From: an uncultured Bacilli bacterium
Lineage (GTDB): Bacteria; Bacillota_I; Bacilli_A; RF39; UBA660
Assembly: GCA_944372485.1 (NCBI GenBank)
Contig: CALVZI010000030.1
Coordinates: 1-34,525, forward strand
Direction of reading: 5' to 3'
Length of the DNA: 34,525 nt
This document shows positions 18,281 through 28,764 of the stretch, piece after piece. The position numbers were made by a program, and so were the translations under genes. How positions within the stretch are numbered: position 1 is the first letter of the stretch; each line of letters begins with the position of its first letter. The notes under the pieces were generated by a model, which saw only the letters and a program-made list of their open reading frames with translations, was not told the origin of the DNA and searched no databases.

Positions 18281-19081
18281 ATGTTAAAAAATATTTGGTA
18301 CAATTTTAAACGATATCAGTTTTTAATGCAACAAATGATTACACGTGATTTTAAAGTAAAATACAAAAGATCAGTGTTAGGAATTTTATGGAGTTTACTA
18401 TATCCATTACTTATGATGATGGTTATGGCGGTAGTATTCTCACAAGTGTTTAGATTCCGTATGGAAGGGGTAAACTATTTAGTTTATTTAATGACTGGTT
18501 TAGTTGTTTGGAACTATTTTAGTGAAGCAACTAATTTAGGTATGATGTCAATTGTTGGTAATTTTAATTTAATGACAAAAGTTTATATTCCAAAATATAT
18601 TTTTCCATTATCAAAATGTCTATTTGTAGGAATTAACTTTTTACTTACTTTAATTCCATTATTACTTATAATTTTAGTTACTGGTAGTGGAGAAACTAAG
18701 TGTTTTATAAATATTTATTATTTATTACTACCATATGCATATGTATGCTTGTTATTATTCGCAATTGGAGTATCTTTTATTACATCTACTATTTCAGTAT
18801 TTTTAAGAGATATGTTCTATATTTATGGAATTATTTTAACAATTTGGAATTATTGGACACCAATTTTCTATGACATTAGTATGTTAAATCCAACACTACA
18901 AAAATTATTCCAATTTAATCCGTTATATCAAATCGTAAACTTTACTAGAACAATTATTTTATATGGTAAAATGCCAAGCTTAATGAATTTTGTTCTATGT
19001 GGTGTATTTGCGTTAGGAACATTTATTGTTGGATGTATTGTATTTAGAAAGAATCAAGATAAATTTATTTACTATATTTAA
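18281..19081 (+). CDS. wzm: Polysaccharide ABC exporter, permease
   Basis: RDFKVKYKRSVLGILWSLLYP, TPIFY, NPLY; six TM segments, ABC-2 type. Confidence 0.92.
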   Translation: MLKNIWYNFKRYQFLMQQMITRDFKVKYKRSVLGILWSLLYPLLMMMVMAVVFSQVFRFRMEGVNYLVYLMTGLVVWNYFSEATNLGMMSIVGNFNLMTKVYIPKYIFPLSKCLFVGINFLLTLIPLLLIILVTGSGETKCFINIYYLLLPYAYVCLLLFAIGVSFITSTISVFLRDMFYIYGIILTIWNYWTPIFYDISMLNPTLQKLFQFNPLYQIVNFTRTIILYGKMPSLMNFVLCGVFALGTFIVGCIVFRKNQDKFIYYI

Positions 19082-19093
19082 TGGAGGTTAATT

Positions 19094-19831
19094 ATGATTG
19101 AATTAAAAAATGTTTCCATGAAATTTAATTTAGGAATTGAAAAAAATAATTCGTTAAAAGAAACTTTTATTCATTTCTTTGAATTTAAAAAGAAAAAAAA
19201 GAAACCAGAAGAATTTTGGGCTTTAAAAGATGTAAGTTTTAAAATAAAAAAAGGTGAGGTTGTTGGTTTAATAGGTACTAATGGTGCAGGTAAATCAACA
19301 ATGTTAAAAGTTGTTTCAGGAGTTATGAAACCTACTACTGGTACTGTTAAAGTAGGGGGAGTAATTTCACCTATGATCGAACTTGGAGCTGGATTTGATA
19401 TGGATTTGACTGCTCGTGAAAATATTTATTTAAATGGGGCTGTCTTAGGTTATTCAAAGAAATTTTTAGATGAAAAGTTTGATGAGATAGTTGAATTTTC
19501 AGAACTTCGTGATTTCTTGGATGTTCCAGTTAAAAACTTTTCTTCAGGTATGACAGCTAAACTTGCTTTTTCTATTTCAACTGCTGTTAATCCTGAAATA
19601 TTAATTGTTGATGAAATTTTATCTGTTGGGGACATAAAATTTCAAGAAAAGAGCAAAAATAAAATGATGGAAATGATTCATGGAGGAACTACTGTTTTAT
19701 ATGTTTCTCATTCACTTCAAGCTATTAAAGATATATGTACAAAAGTAATTTGGTTAGATCATGGTAAAATTGTAAAAATAGGGGATACTGAAGAAATTTG
19801 TAATGAGTATTATGATTCATTAATGAAATAG
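19094..19831 (+). CDS. wzt: Polysaccharide ABC exporter, ATPase (no C-terminal carbohydrate-binding domain)
   Basis: FWALKDVSF, Walker A GTNGAGKST, FSSGM, ILIVDEILSVGD, VSH; 245 aa. Confidence 0.93.
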   Translation: MIELKNVSMKFNLGIEKNNSLKETFIHFFEFKKKKKKPEEFWALKDVSFKIKKGEVVGLIGTNGAGKSTMLKVVSGVMKPTTGTVKVGGVISPMIELGAGFDMDLTARENIYLNGAVLGYSKKFLDEKFDEIVEFSELRDFLDVPVKNFSSGMTAKLAFSISTAVNPEILIVDEILSVGDIKFQEKSKNKMMEMIHGGTTVLYVSHSLQAIKDICTKVIWLDHGKIVKIGDTEEICNEYYDSLMK

Positions 19832-19843
19832 ATGGAGGTAAAT

Positions 19844-21895
19844 ATGGCAAAATTAAATATACTTACAGATAAAAGAATTAAATATGTTTTCTTTGACATT
19901 TTTGATACTATTGTTTATCGTAATGTACAACCGGAATTTACAAAAAAAATTTGGGCCAATCATTTGACTAGAACACTTGATTTAAATGTTAATATGCTTG
20001 ATTTATATAAGACTCGTAATCGTCTTGAAATGGAAATAGGAGCTAAAAATGAACATGCTGGAAATGATTGTGAATTTACATATAAAGAATTAATTGAAGA
20101 ACTTTATCACCATTATAAATTTAAGAAGATTTCTTTTAAAGATTTTTATGAAGCTTCTAAAAATTTAGAAGTGACAATTGAACAAAATTCTCAAAGTGTT
20201 GATGAAGATATTATTAAAGAAATTAAAAATTTAAAAAAAGAGGGTAAGAAAATATATTGTGTTTCTGATATGTATTTATCTAAAGAAATGATTAAAGAAA
20301 TATTTAAACATCATGGTATATTAGATTATTTTGATGATATTTTTGTTTCATGTGAAAATTTAAAAAATAAGAAAACAGGTAATTTATATAATTATGTTTT
20401 AGATAAACTTAAAGCTGAACCACGTGAATGTGCGATGGTTGGTGATAATTATTCATCAGATTATGAAACACCAAAAAGATTAGGAATTGAAGCTGTTCAT
20501 TTAAAAAGACAAAGTAAGTATGAATTTTATGATAAATATTTAACAGAACATGAAACAAGTAATGTTTATGCTTGCCTTGATGAACTTTCTAAAACATCTA
20601 CAGATAACTTTGAACATGCTATATTTTCGTTATATGTTTTTATTGAAAAATTATATTTTGAATTAATTAAAAATAATCATGATGAAGTATTCTTTTTATC
20701 AAGAGAAGGGGAATATTTAAAGAAATTATTTGATGCATATGTAGAAAAAACTAATGGTAAAAAGATTAAAAGTCATTATTTATTAGTTTCTCGTAAAGCA
20801 ACTTATTTACCTTCTTTAAAAAATATTGAAGAAGAAAATTTTGATACTTTATTAAAACAATATTCTTATATTACAGTAACAGAATTTTTAAAAAGTTTAA
20901 ATTTTAGTAAAGATGAATTAACTAAAATTGAAGATAGTTTTAGAGAAGAATCTAGAGAGTTAATTAAAAAGTTAAAGTTAGATAAAAAAGATAAAAAGAA
21001 TTTAAAAGCTATTATTACTGATAATTTTGATGAAAAGATTCCTAATTTTCAAAAGTCTAATGTTTTTAAACAATTAAAAGATAACAAAGTGTTTAAAGAA
21101 ATATTTGAAAAAAATAGAGTTGAACAAAAAGAGTTGTTTAAGAAATATGTAAAGGAAATGACTCCTTCTAAGAGAATTTGTGTTGTTGATGTTGGATGGA
21201 ATGGTTCTATTCAAGATAATATTCAAAATATTTTAGGTAGTGATTATGAAGTTAGTGGTTACTTATATGGTTTAGTTAGTCGTGATTTTAAAGCTAAACC
21301 TAAGAATAAAAAAGGATTAATATTTCATAATGTGCCATCATTAAGTTCTAATTATTCTCTTTATTATGAAAATAGAACAATTTTTGAAATTCTTTTAGGA
21401 GCTTCTCATGGTAGTGCAAATCGTTATACATTAAAAAATAATAAAGTAGAAGTTTTATTATTTGAAAAAGATGAGGAAAAGAAAATATATAAAAATGTTG
21501 TTTCTAAAATTCAAAATAACATGTTTAATACTTATCAAAAATTATTAGATATGTTATGTGATGGATTTTATGATTTAGATGTTGTTTATAAAAAAATAAA
21601 TCAAATTCATTTTAATATGGTTTTTAAACCAACTAAAGAACAATTAGTCTTCTTTAATAAGATTTACCACTACGAAAATTTTGGGGTTTTTGAATTTACA
21701 GAATTTAATTTGAAAAAGAAATTAACTTGGAAGTATTATATTAAAGAAAATGCAAAATTTGTTTTAAGACATAAGGTATTTTTCTATGATACTTTCTGGC
21801 CAGTATTAAAATTAAATAATGAGAAACTTGTTATTCCTAAATTTATTTATGTTAATCATAGAAAAATAAAATTAAAAATGAAAGGTATTATATAG
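19844..21895 (+). CDS. HAD phosphatase + phosphoribosyltransferase-like bifunctional protein; putative PRPP-dependent ribofuranosyltransferase
   Basis: N-terminal HAD motifs FFDIFDT, VSDMY, K, VGDNYSSD; C-terminal FLSREG, SRKA, VVDVGWNGSIQ. Start ATG19844 after GGAGGT. Confidence 0.75.
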   Translation: MAKLNILTDKRIKYVFFDIFDTIVYRNVQPEFTKKIWANHLTRTLDLNVNMLDLYKTRNRLEMEIGAKNEHAGNDCEFTYKELIEELYHHYKFKKISFKDFYEASKNLEVTIEQNSQSVDEDIIKEIKNLKKEGKKIYCVSDMYLSKEMIKEIFKHHGILDYFDDIFVSCENLKNKKTGNLYNYVLDKLKAEPRECAMVGDNYSSDYETPKRLGIEAVHLKRQSKYEFYDKYLTEHETSNVYACLDELSKTSTDNFEHAIFSLYVFIEKLYFELIKNNHDEVFFLSREGEYLKKLFDAYVEKTNGKKIKSHYLLVSRKATYLPSLKNIEEENFDTLLKQYSYITVTEFLKSLNFSKDELTKIEDSFREESRELIKKLKLDKKDKKNLKAIITDNFDEKIPNFQKSNVFKQLKDNKVFKEIFEKNRVEQKELFKKYVKEMTPSKRICVVDVGWNGSIQDNIQNILGSDYEVSGYLYGLVSRDFKAKPKNKKGLIFHNVPSLSSNYSLYYENRTIFEILLGASHGSANRYTLKNNKVEVLLFEKDEEKKIYKNVVSKIQNNMFNTYQKLLDMLCDGFYDLDVVYKKINQIHFNMVFKPTKEQLVFFNKIYHYENFGVFEFTEFNLKKKLTWKYYIKENAKFVLRHKVFFYDTFWPVLKLNNEKLVIPKFIYVNHRKIKLKMKGII

Positions 21896-21903
21896 GTGGT
21901 TAT

Positions 21904-23070
21904 ATGAAATGTATTTTTACCTTAGGTTCACCAGCTATTGGTGGGGGAACTAATGTTATATTTGAACATGCAACAAGAATGGTTGATGAAGGTGAAGATG
22001 TTTATATTGTAACAAGTGATCCAGTAAAACCAGAAGAGTATGCATGGCATGCTTCAGCTCATAAGTTAAAATGGGTTACATATGATGAGATTGAAAAAAA
22101 ACAAATGGAATTTGATATGGCAATTGCTACTTGGTGGCGAACTGTTTATGAGTTATATCGTATTAAAGCTAAAAAATATATTTATTTTGTCCAATCTATT
22201 GAATCAAAATTTTATAATGATTCTGAAGTAGGATTAAAAATGTTAGCTGAAATGACTTATATGCTTGATATGAAAGTTATTACAGAAGCTACATGGATTA
22301 AAGAGTATTTAGAAAATAGATATGGAATTAAAACTTTATTAGTTCATAATGGAATTAGAAAAGATATATTTACTCTTGATGGAGAAGATTATGGTAAATG
22401 TGATGGACTTCGTATTTTAGTTGAAGGTCCAGTTGATGTTCCATTTAAAAATGTTCCTAAAACAATTGATTTAGTTAAACAAAGCGAAGCTGATGAAATA
22501 TGGTTACTTACATCTTCAGATATAAAAGAGTATCCTGGAGTTGACCGAGTTTTCTCACGTGTTCCATCTAGTGAATGTGCAAAAATTTATCGCTCTTGTG
22601 ATGCAATTGTTAAACTAAGTTATGTAGAAGGAATGTTTGGCCCACCACTTGAAATGTTTCACTGTGGAGGAACTGCAATTGTTTATGATGTAACAGGACA
22701 TGATGAATATATTGTTCATAATAAAAATGGTTTAGTTGTTAAAACTGATGATGATGAAAAAGTTGTTGAGTATATTAATAAATTAAAAGATACTGCATAT
22801 TTAAATAAACTAAAAAAAGGAGCTAAAGAAACTGCAAAAAAATGGGTTTCTTGGAAACAATCATCAGCTAATTTCTATAAAGCTGTTTTAGAACTTAATA
22901 AATTAGATTCAGTTAGTCAACAAGTATTAGAAACAAAATCTAAATTCTTCTTTGATGTTTATGTTAAATATGAAACTAAAACAGAAAGATTCAGAACATC
23001 AGTAGGTCGTGTACTTCGTAATCGTGCCCCATTTGTTTATAAAATTTGTAAAAAGATATATGGAAAATAG
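21904..23070 (+). CDS. GT-B glycosyltransferase (GT4 / WsaF-like)
   Basis: GGGTNVIFEHA, AIATWWRT, YFVQSIE, SYVEGMFGPPLEMFHCG. Confidence 0.85.
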   Translation: MKCIFTLGSPAIGGGTNVIFEHATRMVDEGEDVYIVTSDPVKPEEYAWHASAHKLKWVTYDEIEKKQMEFDMAIATWWRTVYELYRIKAKKYIYFVQSIESKFYNDSEVGLKMLAEMTYMLDMKVITEATWIKEYLENRYGIKTLLVHNGIRKDIFTLDGEDYGKCDGLRILVEGPVDVPFKNVPKTIDLVKQSEADEIWLLTSSDIKEYPGVDRVFSRVPSSECAKIYRSCDAIVKLSYVEGMFGPPLEMFHCGGTAIVYDVTGHDEYIVHNKNGLVVKTDDDEKVVEYINKLKDTAYLNKLKKGAKETAKKWVSWKQSSANFYKAVLELNKLDSVSQQVLETKSKFFFDVYVKYETKTERFRTSVGRVLRNRAPFVYKICKKIYGK

Positions 23071-23081
23071 TGAGGAATATT

Positions 23082-24206
23082 ATGAAATATGGATTAATAA
23101 CATACAAAAATACAGAAAATATTGGTGATGATATTCAAAGTTATGTAGCTATGCGTTTTTTACCACATATTGATTATTATATTGAAAGAGAAGCAATGGA
23201 CTTATTTGTTCCTAAAGAAAAAGAACAAGTTGTAACAATATTAAATGGTTGGTTTTTACATTCAAAAATTAATTTTCCATTATCACCTTATATTAAACCT
23301 TATTTTATATCAACACATTTTTCTGGTTATAATTCAGGAGGTATTAGAACTGAATATTTAAATAAATATGCAAAAAAATATTTAGCCAAATATGAACCAA
23401 TTGGATGTCGTGATAATTCAACAATTGAATTATTAAATAAGGTTGGTATTAAAAATTATTTTTCTGGGTGTTTAACTTTAACAATTGAAAGAGATCCTAA
23501 AATAAAAAAACAAAAATATATTTGTTTAGTAGATATTGATGAAGAAGCTGAAAAATTAGTTTTAGATAATACTAAAAAAGATATAAGAAAAATTACTCAT
23601 ACTTTAGATGTTAAAGAAAATTCTAAATTAGATTGGGATACAAGATTTAAAAATGTAAAAAAAGTTTTAGATCAATATCAAGCAGCTAGTTTAGTTATAA
23701 CAAGTCGCCTTCACTGTGCTTTACCTTGCTTAGCTTTAGGAACCCCTGTTTTGTTATTGTATGATGAAGAAAAGGAATATACAAAAGATCGTTTAAAAGA
23801 TTATGCTGAAATATTAAATCATATGTCAACTAAAGAATTTTTAGAAAAGGGTGTTGAGTTTTTAAAACAAAAAAAACACACTAATCCTAGTGATTATCTA
23901 AAAATTAGAAATAGTGTTGAAAAAAGTGTGATTGATTTTATTAAGAATGTAAAAGTTAATAATAATAACTTACCAGAAATTAAAGATTATAGTGAATTAT
24001 ATGTTAAACCTAAAAAGAATATTGATAAATTATATCATCTAGCTGTTGATGATATGTATATTACTAAACGTAATTATGTTAATTTAAATTATGAAAAAGA
24101 ATATTGGAAAAAAGAATTTTATATTTTATTAGATAAATATGAAGAAATGAAAAAAATAAAAGAAGAGTTGGAATTTAAATTTAATAATATAGAAAATAAT
24201 AAGTAG
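23082..24206 (+). CDS. Polysaccharide pyruvyltransferase family protein with C-terminal coiled-coil-like tail
   Basis: NIGDDIQS, IGCRD, VITSRLHCALPCLALGTP; start ATG23082 after GAGG. Confidence 0.85.
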   Translation: MKYGLITYKNTENIGDDIQSYVAMRFLPHIDYYIEREAMDLFVPKEKEQVVTILNGWFLHSKINFPLSPYIKPYFISTHFSGYNSGGIRTEYLNKYAKKYLAKYEPIGCRDNSTIELLNKVGIKNYFSGCLTLTIERDPKIKKQKYICLVDIDEEAEKLVLDNTKKDIRKITHTLDVKENSKLDWDTRFKNVKKVLDQYQAASLVITSRLHCALPCLALGTPVLLLYDEEKEYTKDRLKDYAEILNHMSTKEFLEKGVEFLKQKKHTNPSDYLKIRNSVEKSVIDFIKNVKVNNNNLPEIKDYSELYVKPKKNIDKLYHLAVDDMYITKRNYVNLNYEKEYWKKEFYILLDKYEEMKKIKEELEFKFNNIENNK

Positions 24207-24214
24207 AGGTATTT

Positions 24215-25297
24215 ATGAAGAAATCAAATTTAAAAATTATTGCATTTGAAAATTGTAAAGAATTAGGAGAAAAGATTGATAAACATATAAAGAAAATAAA
24301 TAAGACTAATGAAAGTAGTATTGTTAATGTTACTTGTAGTCGTTTTAGTAATGGGGAAGGGAAGCTTTATATAAGTGAATCTGTAAGAGATAAAGATTTA
24401 TATATATTATCTGATGTTAGTAATTATAATATATCTTATGATTTTTTTGGAAGTGTTCATCATATGTCACCCGATGAACATTTCCAAGATATAAAGCGTG
24501 TTATTTCTGCTACTAATGGTCGTTTTTCTAAAATAACACTTATTATGCCTTTATTATATCAATCAAGACAACATCGAAGAAAAGAGCGTGAATCATTAGA
24601 TTGTGCTTTAGCTTTACAAGAACTTGAGTCATTAGGTGTTAATAATATAATTACTTTTGATTGTCATGACCCTAATGTATCAAACGCAATTCCTAATTTA
24701 CCATTTGAAAATGTTTTCGCAACTGATACAATTTTAAAAGAGATGTTTACTAAAGAAAAATTAGATAAAAACAATTTATTAACTATAAGTCCTGATATGG
24801 GAGCTATGGAAAGAGCTCGTTATTATGCTGAAATATTAGGATGTGATGTTGGATTATTCTATAAACGTCGTGATTTAAGTAAAATTGTTGATGGTAAAAA
24901 TCCTGTTATAGAACATATTTATTTAGGTAAGGATCCTAAAGATTTAACTGTTTTAGTAATTGATGATATGATTGCTTCTGGTGGTTCAATGTTAGAAGTT
25001 GCCAAAGAATTAAAGAAGCGTGGAGCTAAAAAAGTTATTTTAGTTGCTACTTTTGCTTTATTTACTTCAGGAATAGAAAAGTTTAATAAAGCTTATGAAG
25101 ATGGTTTATTTGATCGTTTATATACAACTAATTTAGTATATGTTCCAGAAGAAATAAAAAAATTAAAATGGTTTGAATCTGTTGATTGTTCTGAACAATT
25201 AGCTAAAATAATTATTAATTATAATAAAACTAGTTTAATTTATGAAGCTGATGAAAGAGAATTAATAGAAGATTTAAATAAAAAGGTGAAACTATGA
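24215..25297 (+). CDS. prs: Ribose-phosphate pyrophosphokinase (PRPP synthetase)
   Basis: RFSNGEG, ESVRDKD, YQSRQH, SPDMGAMERA, YKRRD, VIDDMIASGGS. Confidence 0.93.
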   Translation: MKKSNLKIIAFENCKELGEKIDKHIKKINKTNESSIVNVTCSRFSNGEGKLYISESVRDKDLYILSDVSNYNISYDFFGSVHHMSPDEHFQDIKRVISATNGRFSKITLIMPLLYQSRQHRRKERESLDCALALQELESLGVNNIITFDCHDPNVSNAIPNLPFENVFATDTILKEMFTKEKLDKNNLLTISPDMGAMERARYYAEILGCDVGLFYKRRDLSKIVDGKNPVIEHIYLGKDPKDLTVLVIDDMIASGGSMLEVAKELKKRGAKKVILVATFALFTSGIEKFNKAYEDGLFDRLYTTNLVYVPEEIKKLKWFESVDCSEQLAKIIINYNKTSLIYEADERELIEDLNKKVKL

Positions 25298-27102
25298 AAT
25301 TATTAAAAAATAATTATGCAGTAGGTTTGTTAGCTATTATTATTACTCTTATAACTTCACTTTTATATAGTTATGATGGTAATACCTATAATTTTGATAA
25401 TTATATATTTGCTAATCAATTTAACTGGTTAATTATTTTATTCTTTATTATCTTATTAATTAATAAATTTAGGAAAATAGATAATAAAAGAATTTATATT
25501 GTTTCTTTTATTGCTGGTTTTCTTTTATCACTTTTAAATACAATTGGTTTTACTTTTACTAATTATATTTTAAATGATATTGTTATAAGTAAAAAGTTAT
25601 TATTATATTTATTTGTTAAATTTATTAACTTTGGTTTTATTATTAGTATGATTTTAAGTGTTTGTTATAATTATATTGATAAATTTAAGTCTAATAAGGG
25701 AAAGTTAGATAAATATTTTAAATTTAATAAACGTAATTTATTTATTTTAGCTTTAATTATTTTGTGTGGATATATTCCTTATTTCTTACATTATTATCCA
25801 GGAATATGTTCCGCTGATTCTACTTATCAAATGGTTCAAATGCTTACTAATGAAGCAGTTACTAATCATCATCCAGTTTTTCACACATTAGTAATTGGAT
25901 TCTGTTTAAAAGTAGGTAATTTATTATTTAATAGTGATAATGTTGGAATTGCTATTTATTCTATATTACAAATGCTTGCTTGTGCTTTTACTTTTTCTTT
26001 TCTAATATTATATTTAGGTAAAAAGAAAGTTCCAGTTTCTATTCAAAAATTATTGTTATTATTTTTCATGTTTTGTCCAATAATTTGTTTTTATAGTATT
26101 ACGATGTGGAAGGATATTCCTTTTGCTTTATGTGTTACTATAACAACTATATTGTTAATAGAATCATATGTTAATAAAAAGTTTTTAAAAGAAAATAAAA
26201 ATGTTATATTATTAGGATTCTTTATTTTTCTAAGTATAATGTTTAGGCAAAATGGTTTATATAGTTTTATTCTTGCTTTTGTAGTTATATTATTTACAAT
26301 AACTAAAGATTTACGAAAGAAAGTAGCTTGTGCTTTTATTATTCCGATTGCAATTAGTTTTATTATAACTGGTCCAATTTACAATATGTGTGGTATAATA
26401 CCTGGTAATAGCCGTGAAATGATGTCAGTACCTATGCAACTATTTGCAAGAGTTAGAAAGTATCACTCTAAAGAATTAAATAATAATGAAAAGAAAGAGT
26501 TAGATAATTTCTTTACTGATAAAAATTATAAAGATTATTATGATCCTGTATTTGCTGATCCAGTAAAAAGGGTATTTAGTGAAGAATATTTACAAGAAGA
26601 TAAACTTAGAATTGTTCAAACTTATTTTAAATACAGTTTTAAATATCCAACTGAAGCAATAAAATCGTTTATAGTAGGATCTTATGGTTATTATTATCCT
26701 AATTTAGTAGGATGGGAAGTATTTACTACAATTTATGATGATTGGGAACCATTCTTACAAAATCCTAGTGAGAATAATAATAAATTAGAAATAGGGCAAA
26801 CTCCAATTATTAAAAATCCATATGTTTCATTTATGGAGAAGTTTGTAAATAGCCATAATGTACCAATACTTAGTATGCTTACTAGTTGTGGATTTTATTT
26901 CTGGTTATTAATTGTTACAGTAATGTACTATATTTATAAAAAAAGATATCGTCTTTTAGCAACGATGTCACCAATATTATTTATATGGGTAACAACGCTT
27001 GCTTCACCAGTTTTTTGTGAAAGAAGATACGTTTATTCATTATTTATTGTAGTACCATTGTTCTTTGCACTATGTTTTGCAAAAATAGAAAGTAAAAATT
27101 GA
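25294..27102 (+). CDS. DUF6020-like polytopic membrane protein (putative GT-C glycosyltransferase)
   Basis: YPGICSADS, NHHPVFHT, MWKDIPF, FRQNG, SVPMQ, SPV..ERRY; many TM segments. Confidence 0.7.
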   Translation: MKLLKNNYAVGLLAIIITLITSLLYSYDGNTYNFDNYIFANQFNWLIILFFIILLINKFRKIDNKRIYIVSFIAGFLLSLLNTIGFTFTNYILNDIVISKKLLLYLFVKFINFGFIISMILSVCYNYIDKFKSNKGKLDKYFKFNKRNLFILALIILCGYIPYFLHYYPGICSADSTYQMVQMLTNEAVTNHHPVFHTLVIGFCLKVGNLLFNSDNVGIAIYSILQMLACAFTFSFLILYLGKKKVPVSIQKLLLLFFMFCPIICFYSITMWKDIPFALCVTITTILLIESYVNKKFLKENKNVILLGFFIFLSIMFRQNGLYSFILAFVVILFTITKDLRKKVACAFIIPIAISFIITGPIYNMCGIIPGNSREMMSVPMQLFARVRKYHSKELNNNEKKELDNFFTDKNYKDYYDPVFADPVKRVFSEEYLQEDKLRIVQTYFKYSFKYPTEAIKSFIVGSYGYYYPNLVGWEVFTTIYDDWEPFLQNPSENNNKLEIGQTPIIKNPYVSFMEKFVNSHNVPILSMLTSCGFYFWLLIVTVMYYIYKKRYRLLATMSPILFIWVTTLASPVFCERRYVYSLFIVVPLFFALCFAKIESKN

Positions 27103-27111
27103 GGTGTGTTT

Positions 27112-28035
27112 ATGAAAGGTAAAAAAATAGCGGTATTATTACCATGTTACAATGAAAGTTTAACTGTTGCTAAAGTTATAAAAGATTATAAAAAAGCTTT
27201 CCCAACTGCAGATATTTATGTTTACGATAATAATTCAACAGATGGGACTGATGAAATTGCTCGTAAAGCAGGAGCAATTGTAAAATACGAATACAAACAA
27301 GGAAAAGGAAATGTAATTCGTAGTATGTTTAGACAAATTGATGCTGACTGTTATATCATGGCTGATGGGGATGATACAAACCCACCAGTACCAGAGATGG
27401 CTGATCTTATTTTAGAAGGAAAAGCTGATATGGTTATTGGAGATCGTTTATCATCAACTTATTTTACAGAAAATAAAAGATTATTCCACAATACTGGTAA
27501 TCGTTTAGTAAGAGCTTTAATTAATAAATTATTTAAAGTAAACGTAAAAGATATTATGACAGGAAGTAGAGCATTTAGTTATGAATTTGTAAAATCTTTT
27601 CCTGTAATTTCTAAAGGATTTGAAATTGAAACAGAAATGACTATTCATGCTGCTGCTAATAATTTTAAAATGGTAGAAGTACCAACTAATTATCGTGATC
27701 GTCCAGAAGGTAGTGAAAGTAAATTAAATACTTATAGTGATGGAATAAAAGTTTTAAAAACAATATTTACTTTATTTAAAGAGTATAAACCAGGATTCTT
27801 CTTTAATCTTTGGGCTTTATTATTCTTATTAATTTCTGTAATATTTGGAACTCCTGTATTTATTGAATATTTTGAAACAGGATTAGTTCCAAGATTTCCA
27901 ACTTTAGTATTTGCTTTAGTATTACTTGTACTTTCAATGTTATTATGGATTACAGGAATTATTTTACAAGTAATTGTTAAAAAGAATAGACAATTATATG
28001 AACTATATTTAAATTCATTAGAAAGACGTAAATAA
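27112..28035 (+). CDS. Polyprenyl-phosphate glycosyltransferase (GT2, DPM/GtrB-like)
   Basis: LPCYNE, DNNSTD, QGKGN, ADGDDT, DIMTGSRAFS, GFEIETEMTIHA, two C-terminal TM segments. Confidence 0.88.
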   Translation: MKGKKIAVLLPCYNESLTVAKVIKDYKKAFPTADIYVYDNNSTDGTDEIARKAGAIVKYEYKQGKGNVIRSMFRQIDADCYIMADGDDTNPPVPEMADLILEGKADMVIGDRLSSTYFTENKRLFHNTGNRLVRALINKLFKVNVKDIMTGSRAFSYEFVKSFPVISKGFEIETEMTIHAAANNFKMVEVPTNYRDRPEGSESKLNTYSDGIKVLKTIFTLFKEYKPGFFFNLWALLFLLISVIFGTPVFIEYFETGLVPRFPTLVFALVLLVLSMLLWITGIILQVIVKKNRQLYELYLNSLERRK

Positions 28036-28036
28036 T

Positions 28037-28381
28037 ATGATAGAATCTTTTAAAAAGAATCAAAAAGGTATATATTTAATTTGTATTTCAAGTATTTTTG
28101 CTTGTATTGGACAATTACTATGGAAATTATCTAGTGATGGAAATTTATTGTTACTTTTAGTCGGTTTTGGATTTTATGGATTAGGTGCTTTAATTATGTT
28201 AATAGCTTATAAATTTGGTAGTTTATCAGTTATTCAACCATTTTTAAGTTTAAACTATGTACTTAGTATTATCTTTGGTTATTTCTTCTTAAATGAAGTA
28301 ATAACACTAAATAAAGTTATAGGTATATTAATAATTATGATAGGTGTAACTTTAATTGCAGGTGGTGATAATAGTGATTAA
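28037..28381 (+). CDS. Small 4-TM SMR/EamA family protein (ArnE/F-like flippase subunit)
   Basis: 114 aa, GQLLWK, GSLSVIQPFLSLNYV, FLNE.IT..K..G. Confidence 0.8.
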   Translation: MIESFKKNQKGIYLICISSIFACIGQLLWKLSSDGNLLLLLVGFGFYGLGALIMLIAYKFGSLSVIQPFLSLNYVLSIIFGYFFLNEVITLNKVIGILIIMIGVTLIAGGDNSD

Positions 28382-28700
28382 TTATGTACTAATATTAATT
28401 ATGACTGTTATGGGATCAGTTGCTAGTTTATTCTTAAAAAAAGCTTCTAGTTTTAAAAATTTAAAAGAGTTATTATTAAATATTAATTTATATATAGGTG
28501 GTTTTCTATATTTAGGAGCGGCTATATTAAATATAATTGTTTTAAAAAGTATGGAATATTCAATTGTTTTACCACTTACATCATTAACTTATGTATGGAC
28601 AATGTTTATTTCTTACTTATTCTTAAAAGAATATATTTCACTAAAAAAAATTATTGGTGTTTCATTAATTGTATTTGGAGCAATAATAATTGTTTTATAA
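28374..28700 (+). CDS. Small 4-TM SMR/EamA family protein (ArnE/F-like flippase subunit)
   Basis: ASLFLKKA, YSIVLPLTSLTYVW, FLKE.IS.KK..G; start GTG28374 after GGTGGTGA. Confidence 0.8.
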   Translation: MINYVLILIMTVMGSVASLFLKKASSFKNLKELLLNINLYIGGFLYLGAAILNIIVLKSMEYSIVLPLTSLTYVWTMFISYLFLKEYISLKKIIGVSLIVFGAIIIVL

Positions 28701-28718
28701 GGCTTATGCCTTTTTTTT
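28699..28718 (+). terminator. Intrinsic terminator
   Basis: AAGGC-ttat-GCCTT followed by a T run. Confidence 0.65.
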
Positions 28719-28764
28719 GTTTTAATAATATGGTATGATATTGATATAGAGAATAGGTGAGAAA

